Shown here in pieces: positions 63,925 to 64,000 of a stretch of DNA of 64,000 nucleotides. How positions within the stretch are numbered: the stretch's first letter is position 1; each line of letters starts with the position of its first letter. The position numbers and the translations under genes were made by a program. The stretch lies in assembly GCA_951406725.2 (NCBI GenBank), contig OX597820.1:74152001-74216000 (forward strand), written 5' to 3'. The notes beneath the pieces were generated by a model. That model did not search any database. It was given only the letters and a program-made list of their open reading frames with translations, and was not told the origin of the DNA. Source of the DNA: Octopus vulgaris. Its lineage: Eukaryota.

Positions 63925-64000
63925 GAAGAAGAAGAAGAAGAAGAAGAAGAAGAAGAAGAAGAAGAAGAAGAAGAAGAAGAAGAAGAAGAAGAAGAAGAAG
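63925..64000. repeat. (GAA)n microsatellite
   Basis: Seen directly. Confidence 0.95.

Overview
This is a repeat-saturated, AT-rich animal genomic window with no supportable host gene. The SINE families, the extreme microsatellite load and the LINE types point to an octopus (coleoid cephalopod) genome; this is an inference from sequence recognition. Almost all listed ORFs are microsatellite translations. Real coding remnants are all transposon-derived: a near-intact CR1-group LINE (APE+RT, one frameshift, 50598-53612), Tx1-like and R4/Dong-like (RLE) LINE fragments, a Penelope-like GIY-YIG endonuclease remnant, mariner/Tc1, hAT and pogo remnants, and Helitrons (one with PIF1 helicase pieces). 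At least four tRNA-type SINE families make up much of the rest. The main hidden signal is a dozen or more minimal type I hammerhead ribozyme motifs (CUGANGA or variant core, stem II, then GAAAC-palindrome-GUH). They belong to several unrelated short element families, nearly all wedged into or beside (TA)n tracts, and several occur as fold-back pairs. They look like Penelope-derived or retrozyme-like microelements that use (TA)n as a landing pad. One motif can be rebuilt only by removing a Helitron that splits it. The window also shows (TA)n-centred local inverted duplications and SINEs inserted into copies of their own family. All folds were done by eye and coordinates of degenerate repeats are approximate.
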